Source: Lama glama
Lineage: Eukaryota
Direction of reading: 5' to 3'
DNA length: 64,000 nucleotides
Assembly: GCA_028534125.1 (NCBI GenBank)
Contig: CM052832.1
Span: 6,574,001-6,638,000 of the forward strand
In this document: positions 27,001 through 40,489 of the stretch, piece after piece
Layout of the letters: each line of letters starts with the position of its first letter
Numbering within the stretch: position 1 is the stretch's first letter
The notes under the pieces: model-generated
What the model saw: only the letters and a program-made list of their open reading frames with translations
Told to the model about the DNA's origin: nothing
The model's database searches: none
Position numbers and translations under genes: made by a program

Positions 27001-29964
27001 ATGTAAAAAAAGTCCAAACAGGTAATGGTTGGATTCATCACATCAGCTGTATAATAATAACTGTGGACTGTCTCTAACTGTCTTCCCCCGGCGCCCCCAG
27101 CATCATGGGGCAGAGTCAGCCAGCCTCCATCTTAGGTGACTGCACTGTTTCCAGTGGACCACACGCAACCAAACACAACCACAATTCAACTTTGATAAGA
27201 ACCGATTAAGTTGAGCTCACCATTTTAGAAGACTGTTTAACAAAACATAATTTTAGGGCTTAGAGAATGTCCATGAAGGATTTTTTTTTTAAGCCCACTG
27301 GTACAGAGCCACTACCATGTCACACAGTGTCTTCAGTTCTCAGGAATTCTCTCATGAGTCACTCCTAATGTTAACCCAAATTGGAGCTTATGGTATGCTC
27401 TCTTGGTCTGATTGTTTAAGTTTTAATCTTAATGTTGAATTCAGAGCTGTGGAATTTGGAAGAGGAATCACACTACAGGCATGAAGGAAGGGACACAGTG
27501 TATCGTGGGAGCTAGGGGAGTGGGAACATTCCATTGCGTACCGTTCTTTCTCCTAGGATGTGTTGCCTCCTGATGGAAAATGGGTATGGTTGCTAAGTGC
27601 ACCCTGTTGCGTCAGAACACTAGAGGAAAACTAAGTCAGGAGTCTTGGATATAAGAGGCCAGAGACTTGGGGTCCAGGATTGACTCTACCACTTTACTAC
27701 CTTAGGCAAGTCAGTCTCCGAGTTTTACTTCGCTCTTCTGTAAAATGATAATTTCATAGATTATTTCTAAGCTATCTTCCAGTTTTCTGACTTTATCCTA
27801 GTCCAAAATCCATAGCCTTTTCTCTCTTTTCTGACTTTTTCAAGACGTTCAGTTATCTCACTTTTAGGCTGCTTCTTTCCCAGTTAGCTTTCTGTTAAGT
27901 CTTTAACAAGAAGCCTACTTATGCCGGGCTCCACAGGGTTCCTACCGGGCTGTCATGAGAGAGAGATTAGGTAGCGTTTGTGTTGATGGAGGTAGAGCCC
28001 CCATTTCCTGAATCACAGAAGTCATGACGTTGAACCTGTAGTTCTAAGTGTTGATCTTTTTCTGTATCTGCTGTCGGTACCATATTCCAGTTCTTGGCAA
28101 AAATCAATCATTAATTGGTGACTCATCAATCGAAAAGTGTCTCTTACCACCTTCTGTGACCTGAAAGATACGTCAGGAATTACTGGAATAGTAAGAAAGT
28201 TAAGGGTTTGTCTCTATTATTGAGGTCTTTATACCCCAGGTAGAGTGAACAGGCTTGTGTAAAGAAGTAAATGATAATGCAGGCAAAAAGACAGCACGTG
28301 TAACTTTGTGTGGTTTTGGAAATCAGAGCATTAAAAACTCCAAGGGAGCGGGTTTTGTGGGCAAAATAATTTGGATAATGCTTCATGGGAAAAATGAATG
28401 CAAACCCATAAGGAACAGGAAGAATTAGGATGGAAACGACAGATACAGTAACAATTAGGGAAAGTCATGAGGAAAAAAAATACCTGAAAAGATGATGGGG
28501 AGGGCCACTGGTTTCCCACTATCTCCTCTTCCTGTGAACTAAACCTTGCCAAACCGTGGTTCCAAGGACAAAGCATGACCCACTGGGCAAATGTCCAACG
28601 GTGAGGAACTTTCCTGAAACAAAAAGGAAAGGGAATTTGCACAGGAATGTGCATTGCTGTCTGAAATACAGTCATTGACTTGATTTTTTACCTAGCAATT
28701 GCAATAGTTGCGTTTATCCTAGGGCCTAAGGAATATTCGGATTATGAGAGATCCTGTTGGCTGCCTCTGCTTTGCTAAAGTTAACTCTCTTAGATAATGT
28801 ACTTTTTTCCTGGTCATGTAGGGGCGGGTCAGAACATTCTTTTAGCATTAGGATGGAAAAGTGGCAGGAGTTAGCTTATCAAGTCCCAAGTCTGTTGAGG
28901 AAGGTGCCAGTCATGGGAATTTCTTTCAAGGACATTTAAGATGACCCAGTTCTTCATTTTATGTACAAGAGAGTAAGACCCAGAAGTTTAGGTGACTTAC
29001 CCAAGGTCATCAACGCCATTTATATATAAGAATAGTTGGGTTATAATTTTACTATAACATTCTTTTTTTAATGAAAAATGTTGATATTACTTTTCCAATC
29101 CCTCTGCCAAAATTGTAATATCCCTTTCTGATCCTGTCCCAAACATGAACCATTTTTTAACGTTCTCATGTGTAGCAAAATTTTTATGCCCTTGGACACT
29201 AACTTGATGAAAAACTGTACAAGGAATATATATGTCTTGTGGAAAATTAAAAACTATAGATAAGTATAAAAAGGAAAATTAAAACCATCTGTAATTCTGT
29301 CCCTAAGGAAAACCCTGGCTATATATTCCATATGTCTTTCCTATACATTATACACATATTTTAATCTAAAAGTGAGATTTTGCTCTTTCAACAGTATGCT
29401 GTTTTCCTCATTAATATTTGTAAGCAGGTTTTCATGTGACTACATACACTTCTAAGACTCATTCTTGATGCTACATTAAAAAAAAAAAAAAAGAATGGGA
29501 GCCATCTATCCCTGGTGAATTGCTTAAACCCATCCAATAAAATGCAGAGTTTCTTAAAAACTACTGACCGTGCTTGAAAAAAATGCACTTGGCCATAGAT
29601 ATGCAGAAATGTGAAGCTCTTCCCCTTTTAAAATCAGATGGTATTATCAACTCCTATTTTAAGCTTGTTTATGGAACTAGAATAATTCTGAACATAGATA
29701 TATAAAGGTGATTACAGCAGGGGAGGTTTGACCTTTAAAAAATCCTTCCCTGTATAAACAAGTTCTGGAATGTTTTAAAAGCTCTAAGCCAGTCAATTTC
29801 TTTCTTTCGTTCTTTCTTTTTTGATTTGTCATCAACCTGAGTTGTCCATTTGATTTAGAGGATGAAATGGAAATGTATTAGTTTCCTGACTGTACCTGAA
29901 GGAGGTGTGTTTGGACACCACGTGCTCCCTGCCTCAAGCCACTGTGGCTCTGCTGGAGTCTCAG

Positions 29965-30854
29965 GGTCCTTATGATTTTTCACATTCACGGTGGTACCAA
30001 ATATGCATTCGATAGAAACTGTACTTCAGATTTTGAATTTCGATCTTCTCCCAGGCTGGCGATGTATGGTCCTGTCCTCTCCTGTGACGCTGGGCAGTGG
30101 GCACTCCCCGTCAGCCACACGGTCATGAGGGTGGACAACGGGTACCTTTACATCCATACTCTGCCCAACCATTCTGCTTCTCACTCTCACTACAGTATTC
30201 AATAAAATACATGAGATATTTAACTTTATTATAAAATAAGTTTTGCGTTAGATGATTTTGCCCACCTGTAGGCTAATGTAAGTGTTCTGAGCACGTTTAA
30301 GGTAGGCGAGGCTAAGCTATGATGTTGGGTGGGTTAGGTGTATTAAATGCATTTTTTTCCCTTGAGTCTCACTTCTTTTTAAAAAAATTATTTATTTATT
30401 TAATTCTTTTTTTAATTGAAGTATAGTCAGTTACAGTGTGACAATTGCTGGTGTACAGCACAATGTCATGCATATACATACGTTTGTTTTCATCTTCTTT
30501 TTCATTAAAGGTTATTACAGGGTATTGACTATAGTTCCCTGTGCTATACAGAATAAATTTGGGTTTTTTAAGTCTATTTTTATATATAGTGGCTAACATT
30601 TGCAAATCTCAAACTCCCAAATTTATCCCTTCCCACCCCCTCTCCCCCCAACCATATGATTGTTTACTATGTCTGCGAGTCTGTTTCTGTTTTGTAGATG
30701 AGTTCATTAGTGTCCTCTTTTTTTCTTTTTTTTTAAATTCCACACATGAGCGATACCATTTGGTATTTTTCTTTCTCTTTCTGGCTTACTTCATGTTTTT
30801 AACTTATGATGGGTATATCAGGATGTAACCCCATCATAAGTCAAGGAAGATATG
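29965..30854 (-). mobile_element. Tigger3/MER7 (Golem)-like Tc1/mariner element interrupted by an L1 fragment
   Basis: gctaatgtaagtgttctgagcacgtttaaggtagg...gctaagctatgatgtt...ggtgtattaaatgcatttt, resuming at ~30794 with aacttatgatgggtatatcaggatgtaaccccatcataagtcaagga...tg|TA. Confidence 0.8.
30355..30793 (-). mobile_element. L1 3' end inserted into the Tigger3-like element
   Basis: T-rich tail, then aattgaagtatagtcagttac...tagttccctgtgctatacag...caaactcccaaatttatccct...ttccacacatgagcgatacc...ctggcttacttca. Confidence 0.85.
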
Positions 30855-31099
30855 TACTCAGGAAATGTTTGTCGATTAATGAATGATGGGAGAAAGTAGA
30901 ATCCTACTTCTGTTTCTTCTTGGTTGTTAGACCTTAGAAAAGTTCTTTAACCTCTCTGAGGATCTGCCAAGAGCTGGAGGAAACTGGTACACTTTGGGCT
31001 GTAGTAAAGAAAAGCCTCTGAGCCATTATTTTAGACATATAGTATCCAGTGTGTACCAAGCTTCTTGTCTGAAGCCCCACAACAAATTAAAAGAAGATG

Positions 31100-32350
31100 A
31101 GCACAATTAATGTAATCCATCATATCAACAGATTAAAAAAGAAAAATCACATAATCCTTTAAAAATATTTTTATTTATTTATTATTGTATATTTAATTAC
31201 TTTATTTTGGCAGGGGAGGGGGAAGGTAATTAGGCCTATTTATTTTTAAAGGCAGTACTGGGGTTTGAATCCACGACCTCATGCATGCTAGGTATGCGTT
31301 CCACCACTTGAAGTATACCCTCCCCCATCACATAATCATTTTGACAGATGTAGAAAAAAAACTGACAAAACCCAACACTCACTCATGATTTTAAAAAAAC
31401 TCCCAGTAAGCAAGGAATAGAAGGGAATGTCCTCAAATTCATAGAGTATCTATTAAAAAAAACCCTCCAGCTAACATCATACTTAATGATGAAAGACTCT
31501 AAGCTTTCCCACTTAGATCAAGTACAGGGCAAGGATGTCCCTTCTCACCACTCCTTTTCAACATTGTACTGGAAGTCCTAGCTAATGCAATAAAACAAGA
31601 AAAGTAAATAAAATGTGTGTAGATTGGAAAGGAATAAAGAAAACTGTCTGCAGAAAATACTAAAGAACTGATTTTTTTAGAAACTTTTGGAACTTATAAG
31701 GAATTACAGCAAGGTTGCAGGATCCAAGGGTAATATATAAAGTCAACTACTTTCTTATGTACTAGCTATAAACAAATGGAACTTGAAATTAAAAATACAA
31801 AACCATTTAAATTAACACCCTGAAAAATTAAATACATAAGTATACATCTACCAAATATGTATGACGTCTATATTAAGAAAACAACAAAACTCTGATGAAT
31901 AAAATCAGATAAATGGATATTCCATCTTCAAGGATAGAAAGATTCAATATTATCAAGATGTCAGTTCTTCCCAATTTGATCTGTAGATTTAATGCTGTCT
32001 CAATCAAATTCCAGCAAGTTATTTTGTGGATATGGACAAACTGATTCTAAAGTTTACATAGAGAGGCAAAAGACCCAGAATCACCAACATAATATTGAAG
32101 AAGAACAAAGTTGAGGGAGTGATGTTACCTGGCCTCAAGGCTTTCTATAAAGATACAGTATCAAGATCCTGTGGTGTTGGCAAAACAGTAAACAAATAGA
32201 TCAATGGAACAGAATAGAGAGCCCAGAACAGACCCATATAAATATGTTCAACTGATCTTTGACAAAGGAGCAAAGGCAATGCAACAGAGCATAGACAGTA
32301 TCTTCAACAAATCCATACACAGCTGTTTATAGCAGCTTAATTTATATTTG
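31100..32350 (+). mobile_element. Old L1 (L1MB/MC-type) ORF2 fragment, decayed
   Basis: Recognisable ORF2 sequence (aatgtaatccatcatatcaacag..., caaggatgtcccttctcaccactccttttcaacattgtactggaagtcctagc, gatcaatggaacagaatagagagcccag) with stops, frameshifts and internal deletions. Confidence 0.9.
31161..31326 (-). mobile_element. tRNA(Ala)-derived SINE, camelid Vic-1-like, inserted into L1
   Basis: Minus strand reads ggggagggtatacttcaagtggtggaacgcatacctagcatgcatgaggtcgtggattcaaaccccagtactgcc (degenerate A and B boxes), followed by an AT-rich tail. TSD atcacataatc at 31146-31156 and 31327-31337. Confidence 0.85.
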
Positions 32351-33534
32351 GTGAAGCATCTTTACAAATTACAATGACCAACATTCAAACATTCTGGTGC
32401 TTTCATGGCCTAGTGGTGAGTGTCCACTGTTAAACATTCTGAGGGGGAAATTTAGCGACATACATTAAAATGTACAAAAATAAACATAAATTTGGTTTAG
32501 GAATTTCATTTCTAGGAATTATTTTAACAAAATCATAGATATATAAAAAGATTTATCAAGATAGTTCTTTATAGTACTGCTTATAATAGCAAAAAAAAAA
32601 ATCAGAAGCAACTAAATATCCAACAGAATGGGGTTGGAAAAATACATTAGTTTAAGAGCCAAATAATAAAATACCATCATGCCATTTAGTATTCAGATTA
32701 AGTTGTTTTAAAAAAAGCAAGAATCATGAATATGAAAAAAGATGGCTGTAGATTATTAAATGAAGTTAGTAGATTATAAAACCTAACGTATATAATCTCA
32801 TTATGAGAGAAAAAACATCTGACATAACCCAACACTCATTCATGATTAAAAAAAAAAAAACTCCCATATACTTAGGACTTTTCTGTAAGTTTGGAATTAC
32901 TTCCAAACAAAATGTAAAAGAAATGTGTTTGGTAGATAGATATAAAATCAATAATGGACAGATGGGAAGGAAGATTAATACGTAGCTAGATGGATACATA
33001 ATCAGATAACCAGATGAGAGGGGGAGAGAGAGGGGAGGGGGGAGAGAAAGACATTGATGAATGAATTCTGCCTTCTCAGGGAAACTGTAAGCTAAGTATT
33101 CAAAATGTATGAGTGGACTGCCTGATCAACGTTAAGGCTGGTTGAGGAGAACTGAAAGTAAACACACTAGAACTATCAGCAGTGGATATCTCTGAATGGC
33201 AAGGTTGTGGTGATCTTTCTTTTCTTTGAACCTTTTCCCCCTCCTCTGACCCCTGAAGCATTCACATTTGAAACATGGCTTCTGCTGCTCCGTGATATTA
33301 GTTGTCTTTTTATATCTGAGTGTTCTGCTCCTCAGAGATACTGCAAGCTAAATATCCAAAAGATATGAATGGACTGCCTGACCAACGTTAGGTCAAGGCT
33401 GGCTCCAGGTCAAAGGATTTGAAATGAAAAACTGAAGCAGAGGGCATAGGGGCTGCCATCTTCCTAAGGTAGGACAGTGAAAGCAGCCACAGTTCAGTGG
33501 AAGACTTACTGCTTCAGTACATCCGGGCACTGAA

Positions 33535-33712
33535 GTGGTTCAGAGCACAGGTCTGAAACCCAGCTGTCTGGTCCCTATGCAACCGCTCTCTGCCTCAGTT
33601 TTCTCATACGTAGAGTGGGGCTAATAACCCTGTCCACTTCAAAGGGTCGATGTTAGAACTAAAACAAATGGATGCTTGTAAAGTACCTAGAATAGTGCCT
33701 GGCACTCAGATG
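33535..33712 (+). mobile_element. MIR SINE
   Basis: ctctctgcctcagttttctcatacgtagagtggggctaata...gtaaagtacctagaatagtgcctggcac. Confidence 0.75.
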
Positions 33713-35892
33713 TTGGTTCTTATTAAAAGGAATAGTATTTTTTCTCATTGTAAAAGTAATATAGAAAACTTAGAAAGTAAATAGAAGGAATAATAAAAAA
33801 TTAAAAATCTTCTGCATTCTCAGTGCTCACATAAGTTTTCAGATATAATCACCATTATATTCTGAAAACATTTTTAAATTTGCTTCTCTATCTTTGCATG
33901 TATTCATACATATTTTAACTTTTTTCCAAAAAATAGTGTCTTCCCATAGAGAACTTTATAAACTTGCTTTTTGTATTTACAATGTGGTGAACACTGTTTC
34001 ATGTAATTGAATATTTATATGAACATTTTAGAATGTTCTCGTATTACCTGAAAAACAACTGAACCAGCAAGGGCAGATTTGGCAGCCTCAAGTATCAAAC
34101 GTCTTTCATATGAGTCAATAAAGAGAATGAAAACAAGAGAAAGATGTAATTTTCAACTCTAAACACTCAAACAGCAAAATTAGGAAATGTCAGGAGATCG
34201 TGTATAGAGGTTTAAGGTGCTAAAAATAGTATTAAGGACATTTAGAAATCTAGCCATGTTCTCTTTTTAGGAGGAATTTGGTTCCTTAATTTTGTAAAAT
34301 AATGTATTAAATTATTGTCCCTCATTTTTCATTTCATGGATATTTATAGGAAAAGAAATAGCTGTACTTTATTCCAAGAACAAGGAGATTTTTGAACTAG
34401 GGCCTTGAATGCTTTTACAAATTTAGCCTTGATCTGGCAAAAGCAAGTGCTTTCTTCCAGCTATTTGGGAGTCTTATCCCAGCCCCAGTGCAGGCGTGTT
34501 CTTTCCAGGTAGGAAGGAGGCTGGGCGCCCACCCACAGAGGAAGCGCTCTGAAGTGGGGTTTGCTGCGGAAGGAGACACGGTGCATAGGGTCCACGGCCA
34601 GCGGCCAGCGGGGAGGAGGAGGTGACAGCAGGAGCACCAGCGCTGTGGATGGGGGCCGATCCTGCCGCTTTACCAGTTCTGTGACTCCAGACAAGTCAGT
34701 AGCTGCTGAGTGCCTCAGTTTACCCCCGATGGTACCTCCCTCGTAGGGCTCTAGAGAGGCCCACGGGGGAAGTGCTCCAAATGGTTTTCCTTTCCTTCTC
34801 CTCGGAACGCTTTGTCTCGGAGATCAGTCCCCTTCTTGCTCTCCGCTTCCAAATGTCCTCATGTAAACTCCAGAAGCATCTTTGATAACGAGTCTTTCCT
34901 CTGGTCTCAGGTGTCTGGCAGTCTTGGGAACACCTGTACTTGAGTATTCGGATAAAACCAGGAGTTCAGCCTTTTAGAAACAGAACCCACCCTCTAATTC
35001 AAGTCAATCTAATCCTGAAAATGGTCTCTGGAGGCAAAGCCCCTGTCGCGCAATGAAAACTCTCGGTTCACTCACTGGCCTTGGCCTTCCCCACTAGGTA
35101 ATGAACGTAGGACCTCTGGTTCTTTTCTGCTTTGTAGCTCCAGTGTCTGTCCGAGTGCTTGGGAGGTGATAAGTAATAAGCTCTTTTTGAATGAATGGCT
35201 GAATGAGTGAGTAAAGAAAATGATGTGAAGACCAAAGCAGTGCTGCCCTGCCCTCCTCAGGCTCCCATTCCGGTTTGGGAACACACAGCAGGTGAGGACT
35301 GTGCCGTCATCAATCAAAGCACCTCGGAAGTGAACTAGGAGAAGGGGCGAGAGAAGTTGGGCAGGACGATCTGATGAACTGGAGAAGAGAGGAGACTTAA
35401 GTTTTGAAGCACTGGTGGGACCTTTCTCAAATTGTCCACGACTGTCAGTGACACCACTGAGAAGCAGTGGCAAATGCAGCGCTGTCCTTGGCACTCTCAC
35501 CCAGACATGCTAGAGATGGAAGAGAACTCAGGCTTGTTCCCCTGTTGGACATGTTAATCTCGCCTATAGCATCTTGGTCTGGTCGCTATGGAATCTCATA
35601 CTGGACTACAATTCACAGTTCCAGATCTGAGATTCCAAATCAAGGCTACCCAGGAGAGAAAGATTTCTCTCACTACCTTAGGGAACACTCTTCAGCCCTT
35701 GCCCTTCAAATCCAGATGATTTCTAAAATTCTTTTTTTTTTAAGTCAAAAAGTCTGTGATACAGTTGTTTCTCATAGAAGATATGGTCTCTGTACCTTTG
35801 AAAGAATGACAATGAATTCTGCTAGTATTGAAGTGAATACTTTATATATCTTTTTTGTAATCCTCACTACAAATCTACAAAATATGTATTTT

Positions 35893-36310
35893 TATATCAG
35901 TTAGGACCCTTTGTGGCAAGTGACACAAAATACAATTCCAACTGCTGTAAGCAAAAAGAGAGAATTTGTTGGCTTAATTGGTGAAAAGCCCAGAGTTTGT
36001 GGAGTGCAGGCATGGCTGTATCCAGGGGTCCAAACAAGCTCTTTGGCATCCTGTCTCTCTTCATTCTTTGGTCTTGCTTTCTTTTTTTGTTGGCTACTTT
36101 CAGGCAGGTGTTCTCTACATTGTGACCTCCAGAAGTTCCATTCTTACATCATTATAGCTCCCAGTCTAGGGGGAAAAAGAACCCCTCTGCCCAGATCTTA
36201 GACAGTATCTCATTGACTCTGATTGGGCCATGTGATTACCCCAGATCCAGTCATTGCTGCTAAGGGGATTTGTTACTCTTACTGGCCAGATCTTGGATAC
36301 GTTTTTAGTC
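35893..36310 (-). mobile_element. MaLR MLT1-type LTR
   Basis: tatcagttaggaccctttgtggcaagtgacacaaaa...aagcaaaaagagagaatttgttggct...ctctgattgggccatgtg...ctggccag. Confidence 0.7.
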
Positions 36311-37729
36311 ACATGCTCAAACTTCGCTGTGGAAAGAGCAAGTCCCTCCCTCCTCCAAATTTAGAGTGCTTTTACAATGAGAGACAAGGCAGAGACTCCG
36401 GCAACAAACAGTCATAACAGATTTGATCTCAATTTCACAAGAGTCGTATCTGAGACTCAGAATAATTATGATCACACAGCCAGGAAGCAGCTCTCCCAGC
36501 CCAAGTCAGGCAGGAAACAGAATCCAGCTCAGGTAATTAGACTAGCAATGAGATTATTTGTAGAGGTATAGACAGTATTATGGGAAACAGCAAAGCTGTT
36601 GAGGTCCTGGGAATCCAGGCACAGCAGGACCATCTTGAGGTCGGAGGAGCAAAAACTGGATCCCAAGAGGAGAGGCCGACTGGCAACAAGGGTGACAAAG
36701 GGACATCACCACTGCCAGGCTTGCACAGTGGAGAGGGGCATGGAGTGCAAATGAGATCCCTTGACTTAGCTCGCCTCCACTCTGATCTTCTTCCAGTACC
36801 TCCCACTGGGAACCAGGAGCCGGCCAGTATGGGAAGCCTCCAGGACACAGAGCCAGGAGGAGAAGGGCGGAGATGGATGGATGGGTCAGGCTCTGAACCC
36901 AGCTCTAACGGACCCGAAAGGTTATAACGTCCTCCACCCACCTTTCACAGTCATGAGGCGGGGGCGTGGCCAGAGACCTCTAGGCAAGACGCTGCTCCCC
37001 TGCAGACTTGACTGACCACTCTCCATTAGCAGCCGGCTTCCAGACACGTTGAATCTGTAGCTTCAAGTATTTGTCCCTGTGGCGAACCGACCCCCTTCCC
37101 AAGATTACCTCTCATCTCATCCCCTGGCACATATATTCAAAACATTTTTATTCATTCAGTGCTTCACCAAAAAATCCCTTAGACTAGAAGGAGTGTTAGT
37201 GGGGACCTCTCAGATAGGATCTGCCTCCTTCCATCAAAGGAGAATTCATTGATTATCCTTTGAGGAATATTTGAGATCTGTGATCAAGCGAGAACAGCCT
37301 ACTTGGCTACAGATCCCTGCATCTTAAAAATCCAAGACTCTAGGGTTTAAGGAAATGAAATCAGAATTCTGACCATTGATGCAAAAGCCCAGTGCTACCC
37401 AAACCTGGGGATCCTGGTTTTCCTGGCAGAACCAACGCTATAACCTCTAATTCCATAGAGGGTGAGCGCTCTGAGCCCTTCCTCCGTGGAAATGTTGAAG
37501 GTCTCTCTGTGTTTTGACACAGATATGGTGAGTGAACCTTGTGCTTATTTAAATTTCTGGAAAATGCTTTGTGTTCTGCCTCACACAGAAGGATCATTTT
37601 GGAAAAACTGAGGCAGATTAGCCATCGGCTGTCCCCCTGAAGGCTGCCTGGCGTCAGCCCCGTGGTCTACACCTGAGTGCTTGTGAATAGTCCCGAACCT
37701 GGTCAGAGGAAGAGAGGACTCTGGACCTG

Positions 37730-38360
37730 GAGGGCAGATTGAAGTCATCTGGTCCAGCTTCCACTTAAAACAGGCTGCCTTGTGATCTCTGCCCCTGAGA
37801 GTTCTCCTGAGGTAGCGCTTCCCAGTTCACAAGGCAGGGCACTACTGCATACGTTCGTATTTTAAAATCCCTTCTTTTGTCAGAATGGAATCCCTTCTCC
37901 GTCTCTCACCAGTGCTTTCCCTGCCTGCTGCGTCGGTATTGGGTGAGCAGCCTGTCTTGACCACATTTCAACTTTCCAGATCCTGCCGACAGCTGTCACA
38001 TGTCCCTTTGGTTTTTCCAAAGAAGCCCAGTCTAAAAATGGCCATTTTCTCCTCACTGTCCCTCATGTGACTTGACTTCCAGACTCCTTCTTCCTTGGTT
38101 TCCCAGCAGCAAACTCTCTCGAGTTTATTATTTTCTCCAACAAAATGTGCCTTATGCTCCACGAGGCCTGACCCAGGCAGAGCACCGCGAGGCCACGGCG
38201 TCCAATGACGGGTTAGGATTTTGTTTGGTTTGGTTTTCTAGCTGCTGTGTCATGATCTTGGCTCACAGGGAGCCTGACTTCAATAAAAACCCCTGGAGCT
38301 TTTCACAGGGACTCCTGCCAAGCCACAGCTCCTCCCTCAATATTTGTGGAATTGATAGTT
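37730..38360 (-). mobile_element. L3/CR1 LINE fragment
   Basis: ggctcacagggagcctgacttcaataaaaacccctggagcttttcacagggactcctgccaagccac resembles antisense CR1 RT sequence, with a CR1-like 3' end near 37740. Confidence 0.5.
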
Positions 38361-40084
38361 ATAAAAATAACATTCACATTTTCTTTTATTATAAAAGAAA
38401 TACATGATAATTGGAGGAAATTTAGAAAATGCAGTTAGCTAACTTGCTGGGGTTTTTTTCTCACTATCCAGATCTATCTGTAGCTCTTCCTTTGGCAGTT
38501 ATGAAGGGCAGCAAATGAAAATGCCAACAGAGTCCAGGCAGGTGTCGTAAGTTTGTGAAGGGAGCTGAGAGTGAAACGGTAGGGGCATGGGTGGGCCTGT
38601 TACCCTCAGGAGAGAGCAGGTGTTACTCAGCAAGGGTTTCCTATCATCTCGGAAAGGGAGGGCCCCAAAAAAGCAGAACCGGGTATTCTGTTTTCTTCAA
38701 GAAACACTGTAAATGCAGAATTTTATGAGGAATCGTCTTATTAAGTATTGGCAATTATTTATGTGGGGCAAAAATTCATGTCTTTGGACCTTCTTGGGTC
38801 TTGGAGCTGCCAGTAGGGTCTCTGGTCTCTCTGGTGTAGATACTGCCATTCTGCCTTCTTTCTTCTCTCGATGTCTCAGGAAAAAAAAAAAAAGGTTGAT
38901 CCTCTCTATATAATGGCCAACAAGGACTTGTGATCACCCAGGTTAACTCTAGGTATCTTTGCTTTAGCCACCCACTCCTCCAGGATTGCCCTGTCGTCCC
39001 CTCTTTCACGTCTCAGACTCACTCTCTTTCTCATTTCGTATCTCTCACTCCATCCCCCCAGCTTTTCCAGTAAGATTTGGTCCCCAAGCCCTGTCTCTTT
39101 GCCATACTCACCACCTTCAGGCTGTGGGCCAGTTCAGTCTTTGGAGTTTTCAGTGACCCATATTCAAACCCTGGTCTGCACGTGTCTAGCTGTCTGACCC
39201 CGCGGAAAATGGCTGCGACCTCTAAAACTTGGTTTCCTCCTAATTTTGGGAAAAATGACGTTTACCCAGAAAAATGGTCTAGAGGATTAGCCGCAGTGTC
39301 TATAAAGCACCTCAGGGAAGCATAGCTGTTGTGATGCGATTGTACTTGGTTTATGGATGGACTGTTCTCCCTGACTCGATTAGGAAGTCGTGGCTGCTCT
39401 AAAATACTCGCTGAATAAATGGATAAATAAGGAGTGAGTTTGTGAATATGATGGAAAGCTCTAAACCTGCTGGAGGATCTCAGTTATTCTTAAAGACAGA
39501 GATACAAGGACGAGGAAGGAAGACAGGGGCTTACCTGGGTAACTCTGGTTCTTTCCTCTCTGATCCTGCCTTTTTATGTTCCGAAGAAATGCGGGCATCA
39601 AATCAAGTATCTCCTCAGACTCGTATTAGCTTTAATAATTAATTACTAAACAGCTTGTGGACTCTGTGATTTTCCAGATACATGGGAAACAAAACTCTCA
39701 ATTCAGATCTCTTGGAAATAGTCTGTCTCACTAGAGACTGTTCCCACAGGTATCCAGCCAGGTAGAGTAACCACCAGAGGAGGCAGGAGCTAGGAAGCTG
39801 TGTTAATTAATTAACCAGTGGGCTGAACCATAGAGAACGAGGCCTTTGTGAGGCTGGTCCTTCATATTGGGCTGTTAAGAGTTTGTTTCCACATCTATTG
39901 AGACATTTGTTACATGCTGGCCAGTTTATAGGAAGTTGATTGCTGTCATGTTCTCAGAACAAAACTGCAAGTTATTTGAAGACAAAGTCATGTTTTCCTG
40001 ATCTTCTGATTTTCCATGTGCCCAGCTCAACTTTGCAGTTACCACATACTCAAGAACTATGTGTAGCCTTTTAAAAAAAAAGTA

Positions 40085-40352
40085 ACCTTTTTTATTTTGG
40101 AAGAAATTTCAGATTCACTGAAAAGTTGCAAAGACAGTACAGAAAGTTCCCATACTCTCTTCACTGCGTTTTCTTAGTGTTAACATTTTACATCATCTTT
40201 GTACATTTGTCAAAAGGAAGACGTTAGTAAATTCACTAAATTAACTAAATTAAGTACTAACTTAGTACTAAATTAAATTCAGATGTCACTAGTTTTTCCA
40301 CTAATGTCTTTTTCTGGGATCCAGTCCAGGATATCCCATTGCCCTTAGTATG
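40085..40352 (-). mobile_element. Old L1 (L1MB/MC) 3' UTR fragment
   Basis: ttattttggaagaaatttcagattcactgaaaagttgcaaagacagtacagaaagttcccata...ccactaatgtc...gatccagtccaggat. Confidence 0.75.
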
Positions 40353-40489
40353 GGTGGCATTTTATTTTGAAGATCTTACATTACTTTAAATGTCTACACA
40401 TGGAAGGGAAGGAATCATATATGTACACACCGTTTCTGCATGTAATAATTATATGAAAAATGGTTGGCACTTACCAAACGGTTGGAATA

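Noticed and set aside
31245..31326. tRNA-Ala-like gene on the minus strand
   Set aside because: Degenerate stems, an attached AT-rich tail and a flanking TSD identify it as a SINE, not a tRNA gene.
32808..32866. Similarity to 31355-31404 (ctgacaaaacccaacactc...catgatt...aaaaactccca)
   Set aside because: Both are the same common L1 ORF2 segment, so a local duplication cannot be distinguished from an independent fragment.
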